NCBI GenBank assembly: GCA_964016885.1
Contig: OZ024742.1
Span: forward strand, 133,486,001 to 133,550,000
Direction: 5' to 3'
DNA: 64,000 nt
DNA from: Eledone cirrhosa
Taxonomy: Eukaryota
Shown here: positions 27,988-40,993 of the stretch, piece by piece
Layout of the letters: every line of letters begins with the position of its first letter
Position numbering within the stretch: the first letter of the stretch is position 1
The notes under the pieces: generated by a model
Databases searched by the model: none
What the model saw: the letters and a program-made list of their open reading frames with translations, nothing else
Told to the model about the DNA's origin: nothing
Made by a program: the position numbers and the translations under genes

Positions 27988-28120
27988 ATAAAATATTAAA
28001 AAAATAATGAATAAAACAATGAAACAGTTCCTTATATTAAACAAAAAAAGTTCCTAACTTTTTTTGTTTAATATAAGGAACTGTTTCATTGTTTTATTCA
28101 TTATTTTTTTAATATTTTAT
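27988..28120. repeat. Perfect hairpin, 65-bp arms, 3-nt loop
   Basis: 27988-28052 is the reverse complement of 28056-28120; loop CCT. Confidence 0.9.
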
Positions 28121-28145
28121 ATATATATATATATATATATTTATG

Positions 28146-28220
<75 letters not shown>

Positions 28221-28306
28221 GTAGGTCCCGGGTTGAGTCGGGGATAACCACAGTAAGTAAGGTACTCAATACATGGCAGGGTAAATTTTTTTTATTTTAT
28301 AGAAGG

Positions 28307-28357
28307 AGCTTCTACAGGACTAGTACTGTTTCATTCAGATGAAATCTTCAGAAGCTT
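28307..28357 (-). ncRNA. Hammerhead-like motif at an inverted junction
   Basis: Minus strand AGCTT-CTGAAGA-TTTCATCTGAAT-GAAA-CAG TACTAGTC CTG-TA|GAAGCT. Stem I is one C short and stem II is weak. Confidence 0.55.
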
Positions 28358-28396
28358 CCTGAAGATTCGAACGTAGGTAAATTTATGTATAAGTAA

Positions 28397-28453
<57 letters not shown>

Positions 28454-28482
28454 GTGTGTGTGTGTGTGTGTGTGTGTGTGTT

Positions 28483-29458
28483 TATATTCTCACTTATAAT
28501 AACGAATACAATACTATGAAATGAATGGAATCAGTATTCAGGCATCATTGAAGAGGGGGTGACAATAACCCCGAAAGTAGTCATACAATGCAATAGTTAA
28601 ACAGCCATATGTTCTATATTGAAAACGAGACGCAATGAACACAATATTTCATAAATTAGGCAATTTCCGTGGCTGACCTTCATCCATACCATGCTGGAGG
28701 ATCAGGTGTGAAGGAGCCACCTAAAAACGAGACAGTTATCGAATCAACGTCACATTCTATTCTTTCTGAATCGGGTTAGGTGATTTAAGTCAAAATCGTA
28801 TCATTTTACTCTTATTACAGAAAATCTCTGATCGGCTCGCTCGAATGTTGTAAATATAGTATTCTTGTCAGGGACTACATCAATGGAGTTAAATGTTCTC
28901 TTGATTTCGATAATTAAGGCTAGGAAGGTCTGCTATCTAATTCTGCTAATTTAGAAAATAACAAAAAAACAAATGATTCTTCAGTAGACGCTAGTAAATC
29001 GTACACACACACACGCACGCACGCGCGCGTGTGTGTGTGTGTACGATTTACTAGCGTCTACTGAAGAATCATTTGTTTTTTTGTTATTTTCTAAATTAGC
29101 AGAATTAGATAGCAGACCTTCCTAGCCTTAATTATCGAAATCAAGAGAACATTTAACTCCATTGATGTAGTCCCTGACAAGAATACTATATTTACAACAT
29201 TCGAGCGAGCCGATCAGAGATTTTCTGTAATAAGAGTAAAATGATACGATTTTGACTTAAATCACCTACGATGAAGGTCAGCCACGTAAATTGTCTAATT
29301 TATGAATTATTGTGTTCATTGCGTCTCGTTTTCAATATAGAAAATATGGCTGTTTAATTATTGCCTTGTATGACTACTTTCGGGGTTATTGTCACCCATC
29401 TTCAATGATGCCTGAATACTGATTCCATTCATTTCATAGTATTATAAGTGAGGATATA
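28483..29458. repeat. Large fold-back centred on (CA)n(CG)n(TG)n
   Basis: Inner arms 28777-29010 and 29030-29268 look identical; outer arms 28483-28684 and 29270-29458 are diverged; 28685-28776 is present in one arm only. Confidence 0.9.
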
Positions 29459-30035
29459 TGAGACCGAAGTAAGAATTATTAGATCAACGTGAGCATATTT
29501 CAGAGCAAAATGGGAAGTGATTCCAAAATGAACTCGTACCAGTTCAGAATAGAACGCATTCCATTCAAGGTGAGAACAGCCATATCGAGTAATCCCATGT
29601 TAATTAAAGAAAATCTAAAATCACGTGATTTAATTTCCCGAGAATACATAATGTATCTAATCTTAGAGAAAATGTAGCAGCGAAGAATCAATCTGTTAAA
29701 CTATTATAAATAATAGGAAACACAAACCCCTTTTATTTTCAGTCACACTCGTGTAGCTTGTTTTCTAATCCATTTTGTTACGCTTGCAACAACGTGTAAG
29801 ATGTGAACTGCATATCATTGTTACTGGTTATGTAATACCTAAACAAATATCAGGTTAAAAAAATGCTTGCTTCCACCTCATAGATGGAGATGATTGTAAA
29901 TCGATGCCATTGCTCCTCTAACACCGATAGAAAAATGAAATATCTTACAACGAAGTGAATTGTTTTAGCTCCATTGCCCAGGAAAATCTTATAGCTCACC
30001 AGACACCTCCATACGTTTGATATCACAACTGACGT

Positions 30036-30222
30036 TGCGGATTGGCAGTATCGGTAGAGCGTTGGACAACATGCTGTGTAACATAGAGTTACAGCCCTTT
30101 CCATTCTGAGTTCAAATCCCGCCGAGGTTAACTTTGCCTTTCATCCTAACGGGGTCGATAAAATAAAGTACCTGTAATGCACTGGGTATTTGCTGGCCTT
30201 GTGCCAAAAGTAGGTACAATTA
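30036..30222 (+). mobile_element. SINE family A
   Basis: Full-length match to other copies. Confidence 0.9.
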
Positions 30223-32084
30223 TGTCAGGCTCTATGTTCGACTTTGTAAATATCATAATGAAATACTTTTTTTTATTAGTCACACTTTGAAATCACTGTT
30301 CTTCATTTTAATTCCTGCAAGCTTATTTTAAAATAATGGATGTTACTTTTCATAAGCAAGGCCTAACTTTGAACACGTATGCCCTCATTTAGAATTACAA
30401 ATACTGTAGTTTAGAAACTCAATTACCAATGATTTTCAGCCAGAATAATTCGTTTGAAATTGTCGTGGAGACATTTTATTTGTGTGTCTCAGCGCGTTTG
30501 TTTAGTTGCTTATATTCATGAACTGTCAATGAATTAGACCCTCTATTAGATTCTCAGACTCGTATGTAATAATACGGCTACATATTACGTAAGTTATTTT
30601 CAGCAATATATAACGACATTCATAAATAATATAAATTTGTGAAAATTAAATATTATCTTATTGCATTTCTTAAGGTGAAAATTGGTATGTCACGAATAAC
30701 TATTAAAGTAAGATATACAGCACATACTGAATATTCACACAATGTGAGATATGAAGGTAAATTCAATCGATTAGAGATGAATGGAAGTTAGGAAATATTT
30801 AACTAAATGGTACAAAAATAGTATCTGAGATAACTAATAATAATTCACTTCTGCACACTTGGTTTAAATTTCGCCAATAAATTCAACTGAATCACACAAT
30901 ATAAAACATGTGCATTGGAAGGGAAAACGCGATTCGCATTATGTTAATTTAGTTAACTTAATCAAGTAGTCGGATTGAGAAACTCTATATGGCTTTTTCG
31001 GCAATTTACCAAGACGTAATCCCCTATACATATATTTACGGAATCTCACAAAATATCTCGGACACACAGAAACACAGGCATAAACACGAGCACATCTATT
31101 CATTCTCTTGGACACAAACATACACGCAAAAATACAAGCACGTGCACACAAACTCACAAACACACACATATGTATATTAGTTATCTCACATTCTCTCTCT
31201 TTCTCTTTCTCTTTCTGTATATATATATACATATATATATATGTGTGTGTGTGTATATGTTTAGGCGTATGTACATTGGTGTGACTGTATGTGTGTATAC
31301 TTGTTTAAGCATGGCTTGACGGTCCTTTGGCGGAAGATCTTCACTTTCAAACACTACTTCCGTCTAAACTTCTCAAATGAATCAAACTACAGGTGCATGC
31401 TCAGAGTGGGGCCATTCACACAGACCATAAACATCCACATTTTAGCAAATATACGTGGGGGTAGGACTTCTCTTGAAAATTTGGTTGGGTTGGTGTTGTT
31501 TTGGATGTCGGAGTGTGGTGTTTCCAATTTCAGTTGTTTGTGTTCTTTTGTTCTTGTTGTGGTTGTGTTAGGTGATCGTGGTGGTGGTGGTCTTGGTGTT
31601 GGTGTGGAAGTGTTGGTATTTGTTGTGTGGGTGGTGTCTGCATTTTATTTTGTGGGTGTCTTTGTGAGGTGTGCTGTATTTTGGTATGTGCCTTCCTTTT
31701 CTTAGTTTAGGTTTTATATCTTCTTCGCTACTGGTAGACGAGATGTCTGTGACTATAAGTGTGTCTGTCAGTGTCTGTCAGTGTTTGTATTTGTGTTGAA
31801 ATGTGTAATTTTGGAGTGAGGGGAGAATGGGAGAGGTTTCCTCGTTTACCCCTACTGTGGCCAAACTAGGTGGTGGCGTCACTGTTGCTGTTGCTGCTGG
31901 TGGTGTTTCCTGGTACTGAGGCTGGTGGTAATCACTCCCTGGTTGATACTGAAGTCTCGTCAATTAAGGACGATATTCTACATAAGTTGGAAATTCTAAC
32001 AATGCATGATAAGAAAGACAGGACATAGTTTCAGTAAGTGCCCAATGTGATGCATGAGATGAAAATAACCGGGGTTTTGTTTTG

Positions 32085-32282
32085 GGGGGGGGGGGGGACT
32101 TTCTCCACGAGTGACCCTCGGATCTATTCCACTATTAGGTGATTTGTTTAGTTAGATTTTTCAACTGTCTATTTTTTTAGTATTTGTAACAAATTTCTTA
32201 CACAGTAAGCTCGTACTATGCTGTATTCAATGTTATCTTAATGTGAGCGATGAGTGACAAATAAAGGAATCATCATCATCAT
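32085..32282 (+). mobile_element. Probable LINE 3' end (L1/Tx1-like 3' UTR)
   Basis: Ends AATAAAGGA followed by (ATC)n, the same terminal form as the minus-strand LINE end near 37295 (AATAAAGGA + (ATT)n). Confidence 0.4.
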
Positions 32283-32361
32283 ACTCATTAATGTTATTAT
32301 TATTATTGTTTTAGCTTCCCCTCCATTCCTAAGCCTCCATTCTCACTTCATCTCCATTAAG

Positions 32362-32556
32362 AGTGGTGGATTGGCAGTATCGGTAGAGGGTCGGACGCCA
32401 TGCTTTGACGCATAGAGTTACGGCCCTTGCCATTCTGAGTTCAAAACCTGCCGAGGTTAACTTTGCCTTTCATCCTTACGGGGTCGATAAAATAAAGTAC
32501 CAGTAATGCACTGGGGTAATTACTGGCCTTGTGCCAAAAGTAGAAACAATTATTAT
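32362..32556 (+). mobile_element. SINE family A
   Basis: Full-length match. Confidence 0.9.
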
Positions 32557-33509
32557 TATTGTTTTTATCATCATCATCATCCTCATCCGTATCAACATTA
32601 TAGTTTTGGTATTTTTTCTCCTCATCTTCATAATCCTTATCACAATGACGCTGGCTATTTTAAAAGGATTAAGGTTCGAAACAATGATAGTGATCATAAC
32701 AGTCCTACAATAGCATTACTACTACCAGTGTACTGTTATCAACATCACTGGTATCTAGCAGCACTATAAGCATGATCAGGATCAAGATAATCAGAATCAT
32801 AATCATAATTATCATGATCATCATGTACAACATCATATGTGATCATCCAGCCGGTTTATGACGATGCTCTTCATAATGATGTTAATGATAACAAATTCCG
32901 ATGAACAAAATGGCGGTGCCGATGGGGGTAATAAAAGGAAATTGTGTATCCTTTGAAATCGCAATTTATCATAAGCTGTGTTGAATGTTTCTCTATGTGT
33001 TGCTTAATGAATTGAGACAAGCCCCTTCCATAGATATTAAATCTTATTTCCTATAGCTTTGCTTCCCCTCCATTCCTAAGCCTCCATTCTCACTTCATCT
33101 CCATTAAGGTTTCTCTCTCTCTCTCCACTTCTCTCTCTCCCACCAAAACACGCACCCACACCCTATCTCGCACAATAATTTTTTATGCTATCTGATTGCG
33201 TAGTTTGAAATATATAATTTATAGTAAAATAAATCAATATCACAGAACCAGCCAGGCGGCGTTATGTCTAGTCAATAACGGAACATATCTAATAATCCGT
33301 AATATGTGTGGCTATGTGGATGCTTGCTTGTATATGTACAGGTTTATATTTGACTGTAAGTATGTATGCGAGTGTGTGTACATATGTATTTATGTGTGCC
33401 CCTCTGTGCCGTTATGCCATATAGTTAAATCGTATAAATCTAGTGTAATCTCTCAACACCAACAGGCGAAATTACAACAATACTTATAACAACAGTAATA
33501 ATAATACTA

Positions 33510-34025
33510 ATTGTTTCTACTTTTGGCACAAGGCCAGCAATTACCAAGTGCATTACTGGTACTTTATATTATCGACCCCGTAAGGCAAAGTTAACCTCGG
33601 AGGGATTTGAACTCAGAACGTAGAAGGACATAACTATGCTAGAAAGCATGGCGTCCGACCCTCTACCGATACTGCCAATCCACCGCCCTAATAGTAATAG
33701 TAATAATAATAGTAATAGTAATAATAATAATAATAATTGTTTCTTATATAGGCCCCAGTGCCTGATTGGTACTTTATTTTATCGACCCCGTGAGGATGAC
33801 AGGCAAAGTTAACCGCGGCTGGATTTGAACTCAGATCATAAAGGCCGTAACTCTATGATACAAAGCATGGCGTCCGACCCTCTACCTATACTGCCAATCC
33901 ACCGCCCTCAAAGAATAATAATAATAATTGTTTCTACATTTGGGACAAGGCCAGCATACTCCAATGCAGTTCTGGTGCTTTATTTTATCGACCCAGTAAG
34001 GATGAAAGGCAAAGCTAACACTCAG
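33510..34025 (-). mobile_element. Three tandem family A SINEs
   Basis: Reverse-complement copies at ~33510-33690, 33737-33908 and 33926-34025 (last truncated), linked by (TAA)n. Confidence 0.85.
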
Positions 34026-37000
34026 AAAACGCCCTCTAGCTCTGCCTTCGTGCTTTGCGTTGAAGAATTGGTCGAGTGCCAATCTCACCGCATGCACGTC
34101 GGTTGCGATGCCTGTCCTAACTACTCTATTTCCCTCGATTTATTTTCCTCTATCACTACTCCTTTGCTAAACCTTATCGATTCTACTCTAAATGCCCCTT
34201 TTTCAGGGAAAACAACCACCTGTTGTTGACTATCGCACCCGTCAACGCACGCTTAACTAATTCGCTTATCCGGTCTATGTAATCTTAGCGTGACGGGAAA
34301 GATGCGTTCAGCTTCCAGTAACCGGGCTCTTGCCTAAGAAGTCTATCTAAGTCAACTTCACAGATCACAAATACGTGGTCCGTGTAGTCGACTACTTTAA
34401 ATTGTGGACAACCTACGCTAGCCTTATCCGTTTCCCTACAGAATATTCTATCTAGGTACGATCTGGATGGCCCGATGCGGTTTGCCCATGCCCACATTGA
34501 CCCATTTGGATAATCCAGTCGATACCTGTCAGACAGTTGAAAACGTCTGAGCAGGTTGGTGAGGCTTTTACAGCCTCCTCCCTTATTTATTAGCCCCACA
34601 TAATCCCAGCATGTCACCGACTAACACTAAAGAGTGGGAAGTTTCCTGAAAGGTCTCTAGACTTCTGAAGAAATCTGACGTCCTGCCCCTGTTGGGGCGT
34701 AGACGACTACTATCCTGAAAGCATTGCCTTCGCTGCCTGTCACGTCCAGCACCACCAAGTTATCTTCTGGGTCCAGGAAGATCCAAGCCTCTCCAAAAAA
34801 GCACAACAATTACCCCCCCCCCCCCGATTCTGGACGGCTGGGAGATGCGTATACATCGTAGCCGCCGAAGATCGGTGCGAAGGCTCGTTCTTCTGAAATG
34901 CTGGTCTCGCTGACGGCCACCACATCTATGTTTAGTGACCTGAGATCGTTAAGCAGGTGGCCCTGCTTCCAAGATGAGACCAAACCACGTACATTTATAC
35001 TACCTATTCTAAGTAAGGCCATGTTGGGTGAGGAATGGAGTAAGTGAGAAAGGATCACCTACCCTGATCGTGTGGTAAAGGGACAGTCGAACCGTCCCTT
35101 TGGCTGGTCATGGGTGTCTCCAAGATAATGTTCGAGTATATCCGCTTGGTAACAGACCCTCTTAAGTCTCCAACTCCGTTGATGAATTTTTCTTTTAAAT
35201 GTTTATAATTTTCTATTTTTATTTCAACAATGTTTATATTTTCGGGAATGTTCTTGGTGTTGGTGGGGTGTAGTCATTTTTGTCTGTGTGCTGCTTTATA
35301 TGTTCTAGGAGTTCTATATTTGCCATGTTTATGGGTGTGTAATGTTTTTTTTTTGGGGGGGGGGGGCTGTTTTCTTGTTGCTGCTGTTGGGTATGTCTGC
35401 CTTGTTGTGTTTGCGATGTTGGTGGTGTGGTTGTTGTTGGTGGTGATGGTGGTGTCGATGCTGCGAGCCTTACCCCTATTTGTTTGCCCTCGGTTTTGGA
35501 GGGTGAAGCTGAGGGGTTATTTCATTTTTGTTTTTTGTGGCAGACATTTTGCCACTTCACTCCAGCCTCACACCCCATGTCGGATTCCGTGGTGTATGGG
35601 AGGGGTATGTGCTCCACGGCTGTTGGTAGTGGTAGTATAGCCCTCTCCGGTGATTGTGTTGCTAGTGCAGCTACTGAAAACGTAGCTACTGGTGTTTCCG
35701 CCATGGCTGCCGCTGTTTTAGTTGTCTGTGGCCTTGGTATGGGTGCCAGAGACGTTGCCCTCCTACTCACCGTGGAAGGGTCTGCTGCCTTTGTTGCCTG
35801 CCCTGCTCTTGGTAGCAGCGGACCAGGCGTCGGAATGATGGGAGAGGGGCTTCTTCTACGATGTCTTCTGCGGGTAAAAAGCCCTGAGGTGACCCTTTGA
35901 CCCACAGAGATAGCATTTCTCTCATGTTTATAGGGAGTTGGAGTCCTTCCCCGTGGACTATGATATCCGGGATGGCTTCGATACACTCATGGCTGGTTTG
36001 TATTAGCATTTGCCTGCCTATACCTGACCAGTTCTCTCTCCCTATTCACCGTACTTGCAGCATTGTCGTCCTGTCCTCGATTACAGCAAGGACAGACGTG
36101 GCTAACCAAGGTATGGACATGTCGGGCGGGACCTGAGTCACTTTGACCCTCACAATGTTCTACCCCCGCAGTAGGAGGGCACAAAGACTATCTCTTCACT
36201 CTTTAGGGTTACCAAAGAGTGAGACTTCGCCTCTTGTGGGGTAGCAAAACGTACGTCTACTATTACATACTTTTTGCATCGGGTGATGTGGGTTTTCGCG
36301 CTCAGACGCACCACAAGGCCTTATAGATTTGAGCCTCCGTGGCTCTCCCCACGCGATGTGATATTTTGCTTACACTGCGGTAAGTCACCGTCTGTAGCTG
36401 CTGGTCCTTGAAAAAATATAGTTTCAGGGAGACTCGATTGGCATTTCTCGTCACTTTCGCGCTTGCGTCTGCCATCTCCTCCTCCGTGACTAGCACTGTT
36501 TCTATATTTCGGGCCACACCTGCAAAAAAAGTAGCCCCTTTTTCACCGGCACCATTACTGCTGACGCTACTGCTGCTACTGGTCTTGTTGGTGCTGGTAT
36601 CGTTCCTACTGGTATTGATGTCATTGTTGTTGTTTTCGTTGATACTGTTGCTGCTGCTATTGTTGTCATTGTTGTTGTTTTCGCTAATACTGTTGCTGGT
36701 TGTTACTATTGTTGTTATTATTGTTGTTTCCCTTGATACTGTTCCTACTGTTATTGTTGTTGTGGCTGTTGTCATTGTTATTGTGTTTCTAGAACTTATC
36801 GCTGTTATTTTTGTTGTTGCACTTGCTATTGAAGGTGTTGTTCTTGGTGTTATTATTAGTGTTGTTTGTGTTAGTACTATTTGGTATTTTCAAATCTGAA
36901 ACAATATTATTAAAAATGATATTGTTTTTCTTTTCCTTCGTAATATTTTCTTTTTTATTCACTTTCGCTAGAACGGTGTCTTTGATGAAATATTGACAAA

Positions 37001-37070
37001 GTCTCCCTCTCTCTGAGTCCTCTGACAGCGCTCTATCTCTCTTTTTTGTGTTATCCATATTTGAACGAAT
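34026..37070 (-). mobile_element. 5' half of an L1/Tx1-clade LINE (ORF1 plus APE endonuclease of ORF2), degenerate
   Basis: MALLRIGSINVRGL...IDVVAVSET, SYLDRIF, TDH, GYWKLNAS endonuclease motifs; the disrupted upstream ORF1 has an N/T/S low-complexity N-terminus and a P/T-rich C-terminus. Confidence 0.85.
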
Positions 37071-37244
37071 TTTTTTTAAATGTAAATTTAAAAGGGTGCC
37101 ATATTTTAAAGGGGTGCCATATTATTTACGAGTTGGCCACTTTTCCTAAACCCTTATGTATAAAACTTGAATAAAAGGTTTGGAACGGTTGAAATCGGTG
37201 AATACTGTTGAAAAAACTGGAGCCGATAAGAAGCGTGGCTTCAA

Positions 37245-39140
37245 CTTCAATAATAATAATAATAAAAATAATATTAATAATAAATAATAATAATTCCTTT
37301 ATTGGCAACAAAGACGTACATATAGGAAACAATGCTATAGACAGGTTCAGTGGGGGTTTACATATATAGCGTATAAAAACATAAGTAACATAACACAATC
37401 ACAGGAAAAATACAACAATGAAAATTCCTCAGTAGGGGGCTAACTACTCGGGTGTGACTCCGGCACCCGACGCACCCCTCACCCTCCCCTCTTCAAATTC
37501 ACCAGTCTACAAGCGTATGCCCCGGGAAGGCCCATTCACATGGGTCATTCTTACCACATTCACCCACCTTTTAGCAAATGTATTCGGGTAGCACTTCTCT
37601 CTCCACCCACACCAAGTGAAATTTCAAAATTTTAATGAGAGATTGGCCGAATAGAAATTGTATGTCTTCAGCCCTTTCAGCCTGGTCCACCACACAACCT
37701 CTTTCGCCTCCACCACCAGATGGAGGAAATTGTCTGCCCTTCCCAGCCAAAAGAAGGTGGTGGGGCATTTTTAACTATAGAGCTGATTGATAGCCGTATC
37801 TGTTCTATATACGACAACGGCTATTCGAAAAAACTCTGCAAGTCAGCAATGCACAGACAACGGACGTGTAAGTGCAGAACGGTTTCGTCGCTTTGTGCGC
37901 ATGGGCGGCAGACAGCACATTTGAGGCCTGTAGAATTCATCTTGAATTGTTCAATGATCCCCACCCCCGCAGCCCAGCCAAGCGAGGGATTTCTGGAAGC
38001 TATAGATTGTTCCCTACTTGAAAGACTTCCGGAGCAGACAAGTCAGTTCGACTTGGGCGAAACCCTGAGCCTCTACAAGTGCGTCGTCGCAGTTGCCCAC
38101 CACTAATCCTCGATAGAAATCGAGAGTGGAAAGTCCACTGACCAAATTTCCGGCCTGCTAGATGTCAGTGAGTGCCTGGCCGCATTCCAAATGTTAGGCG
38201 CCCAGTCTCGGTCTCTTCTTGACCCAGGACTGCAACTCAGTCAAATACACGAGCTACCAAAAGGCACGTCTGACAAACGGTGACCTTATCTGTTCACTGT
38301 TTAGGCAGAATATCTGGAGATGCCTCAGCGCATGTTTGCGCATCATTAGCCACGGTATGCCCAGCACTATGTCTTGAGGGTGTTGGCAGCAGATGGACCG
38401 CTTCAACAACAGAACAGGTCCCTTCATTAAGAAGTTGAAGAGGAGCTGCTCCAATTTGGCAAGGGACGATAGGGGTCAGGGCATTATGGTCAGGCGGTAT
38501 TAGATGACAGGCGCCATGTACACGTTCGCCGCCTCCACCCGGCATTTCAAAGATAGCTTGTCTCAGTCCATTTCTGGGTGAGAGTGGCTAACCTAATAGT
38601 GACCTCGTCCTAATTCTTATCCAGCTGGACGTCTGGTATGAACCAAACTCTGCTCAACGATGCTATTGGACGGCATGGTTTTGCCTCTCCAGGTTGCGAG
38701 CTCAAGGCCACCAACTTTTCCGAGTTTAGCTTTGCTCCCGTCAACCTTTCATATTCCTCTAACAAGGAGTTGACCTCCTCAATTTCTGTGGTGTCCGAAC
38801 TCCATCACGGTGATGACGTCCGCATAAGCCAACACTGCCCTTCTGCTTCCCGGCTCCAGTGGGCTGCTCTGCACCAGTTCCAGCTTCCGCTGTAACGGCC
38901 CGAGATTCAATACGTACAGAAGGGAAGAGAGAGTACAAACTTGAAGGACCGATCGGGAGATCGGAATCAATTCTGTTTCATTGCAGCAATCCAGATTTTG
39001 AAGACGGATTGAGGACAACTTGTATGTATCGATGGTTGACCATATCGAAATATTTCGATTGATCCGCGCCCCAACGTAGCCAGGTTTACCTACAACCATC
39101 TATATGATGTATCGCATGGGGTGGAGACTTGTTCGGGATT
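37245..39140 (-). mobile_element. 3' part of an L1/Tx1-clade LINE, degenerate
   Basis: SSLLYVL, AVLAYAD, KRSICCQHP..LGIPWLMMRKHALR are homologous to 22638-25298; ends AATAAAGGA plus (ATT)n. Confidence 0.85.
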
Positions 39141-39457
39141 GTATATGTTTGTGTGGGATTAGGACAGAAAGCCTCATCCATATTTTGAGCAATTACAAAA
39201 CCTCAGCTCAAAAAGAGTGAAAAATAGTAATGAAGGTGTTTCAACGGCGAATACGACACAATAGAATCAAAATAGTTTCGATTGTCATCGGAGATTTGGG
39301 TCCTATACCACAAAAACATTAGAGAATATGAGCAAATAAATTACGAATACCAAATTCCTCTGCTAAAAGACTGTCCTATAGAACACTTAAACATATAGAA
39401 GTAAGTTAATCACTGTATGTCTTCAGGCAATAGAAAATGTTCTATTATCATATACGC

Positions 39458-39566
39458 AATCCCGCCGAGGTTAACTTTGCCTTTCATCCTTACGAGGTCG
39501 ATAAAATAAAGTACCAGTAATACACTGGAATAATTGCTGGCCTTGTGCCAAAAGTAGAAACAATTA
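39458..39566 (+). mobile_element. SINE family A, 5'-truncated
   Basis: Core and tail match. Confidence 0.85.
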
Positions 39567-39669
39567 TCTTATACGCAAGACAAATACAAATGAATCGCAT
39601 GAAACACATGATAAAACCTTACTATAGATTGCAGAGCATAAACATTGTATGATTATCCAATATAATAAT

Positions 39670-39885
39670 AACTGTTTCTACTATAGGCATAATAGCAGCA
39701 ATTTGGGGGCAGGGGAAAGTCGATAAAACGACCCCAGTGTATTACTGGTGATTTACTTTATCGACCCCGTAAGGATGAAAGGCAAAGTTAACCTTGGCAG
39801 GATTTTAACTCAGAACATAAAGGACCATAACTCTACACTGCGAAGCATTTTGTCCGACTCTCTAGCCATTCTGCCAATCTTAACT
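39670..39885 (-). mobile_element. SINE family A
   Basis: Reverse-complement full-length match. Confidence 0.85.
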
Positions 39886-40914
39886 ATAATAAAGGGAGAA
39901 GTGCGGGACAGCGTCCAGAATATATTTGTTAATCCCGTTAGTAAAATAAGTTTGATTACTATGAATAGATATGAATGAGTATTATATGATTTATCTACTC
40001 AAATAATTTTATTGCCTAGTTCAATATTCATTTCATTTAAACGATTCAAATTTCAATACATCCGGTATATCGCCACGACCACCACTACTAATATGTATAT
40101 ATATATATATATATATTATATATGAAAAGTTTGTCCTCATCAGTGGCCATCCAACCGTCGTAGGCATTTCGTCGCATTAAAGGCCATATACCTCAGGTTG
40201 GTGCGAGCAACGGCTAAAAAAAGTCGTTGGGACACGTAAATAAAGGGAACGCTAGGGTAAACAAACAAAATGGTTTAAGCAGCAGAAAGTGATGAAGATG
40301 GAAACAAGTCCCAGATTTCTATGAATATAAATTCGGTGGAATCGTGAACGAGAGAATAAAGACCATCAAACCTGGTTGAAATGTGAGCAAGGAAGGAATT
40401 TCGCACAGGTCTAACGGGAGGAAGAAGGGGTCTGGTCTGCGAATTCGGTAAACATAAGTTCTGTGAAGTCGCAGACGAGAGAGAGAAAAATAATTCATAC
40501 CGGCTTGGCAAAGTGCCCGCGAGAAAAGGATTACGGGCAGGTCAAACGGGAAGAAAGGGGAGGAGGAGAGGTAGTGACAGAGAGTGAGTGAGTGAAAGGT
40601 GAGGAAGAGGCTAACAGAGAGAGAGACTGCTAGAAAGGGTAAAGACACAAAGAACGAAACAGACTGGTGGCAGCGGAGGAAAAAATATATGTGTAAATAT
40701 GATAATAATGGAGCTGCGGCGCTGCAAATGGGTTACATATGAAATATATATATATAAACTACACAAAAAAGGAAAACGAACAGAGACATACATATATGTG
40801 TTCAAATCGTAAGGGACCAGAATACTAACTATAGACAATAGGGTTTGCCAGACTTTAGGGTTTAAGAATACATCAAGATAATAAATACAAACCAGAATTG
40901 TGGTAACTACTAAT

Positions 40915-40993
40915 CCCCCGTACAGTTTTGAGTATACTGTGTTCGCAATATTAATTGTGAAGAGGAATACCAAATTCTTGCTCATCAGCGGAT
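40915..40993 (-). ncRNA. Type I hammerhead ribozyme, copy with 1-nt insertion in GAAA
   Basis: CCG-CTGATGA-GCAA...TTGC-GAAcA-CAGT ATACTCAAA ACTG-TA|CGG. Confidence 0.65.

Noticed and set aside
31290-31965. Possible further L1/Tx1 ORF1 remnant on the minus strand
   Set aside because: Similarity to 35200-35700 is compositional only; no motif identified.
40130-40200. Minus-strand GACGAAATGCCTA ... CTGATGAGGAC (possible type II or tandem hammerhead)
   Set aside because: Stems I and II do not pair in either topology.
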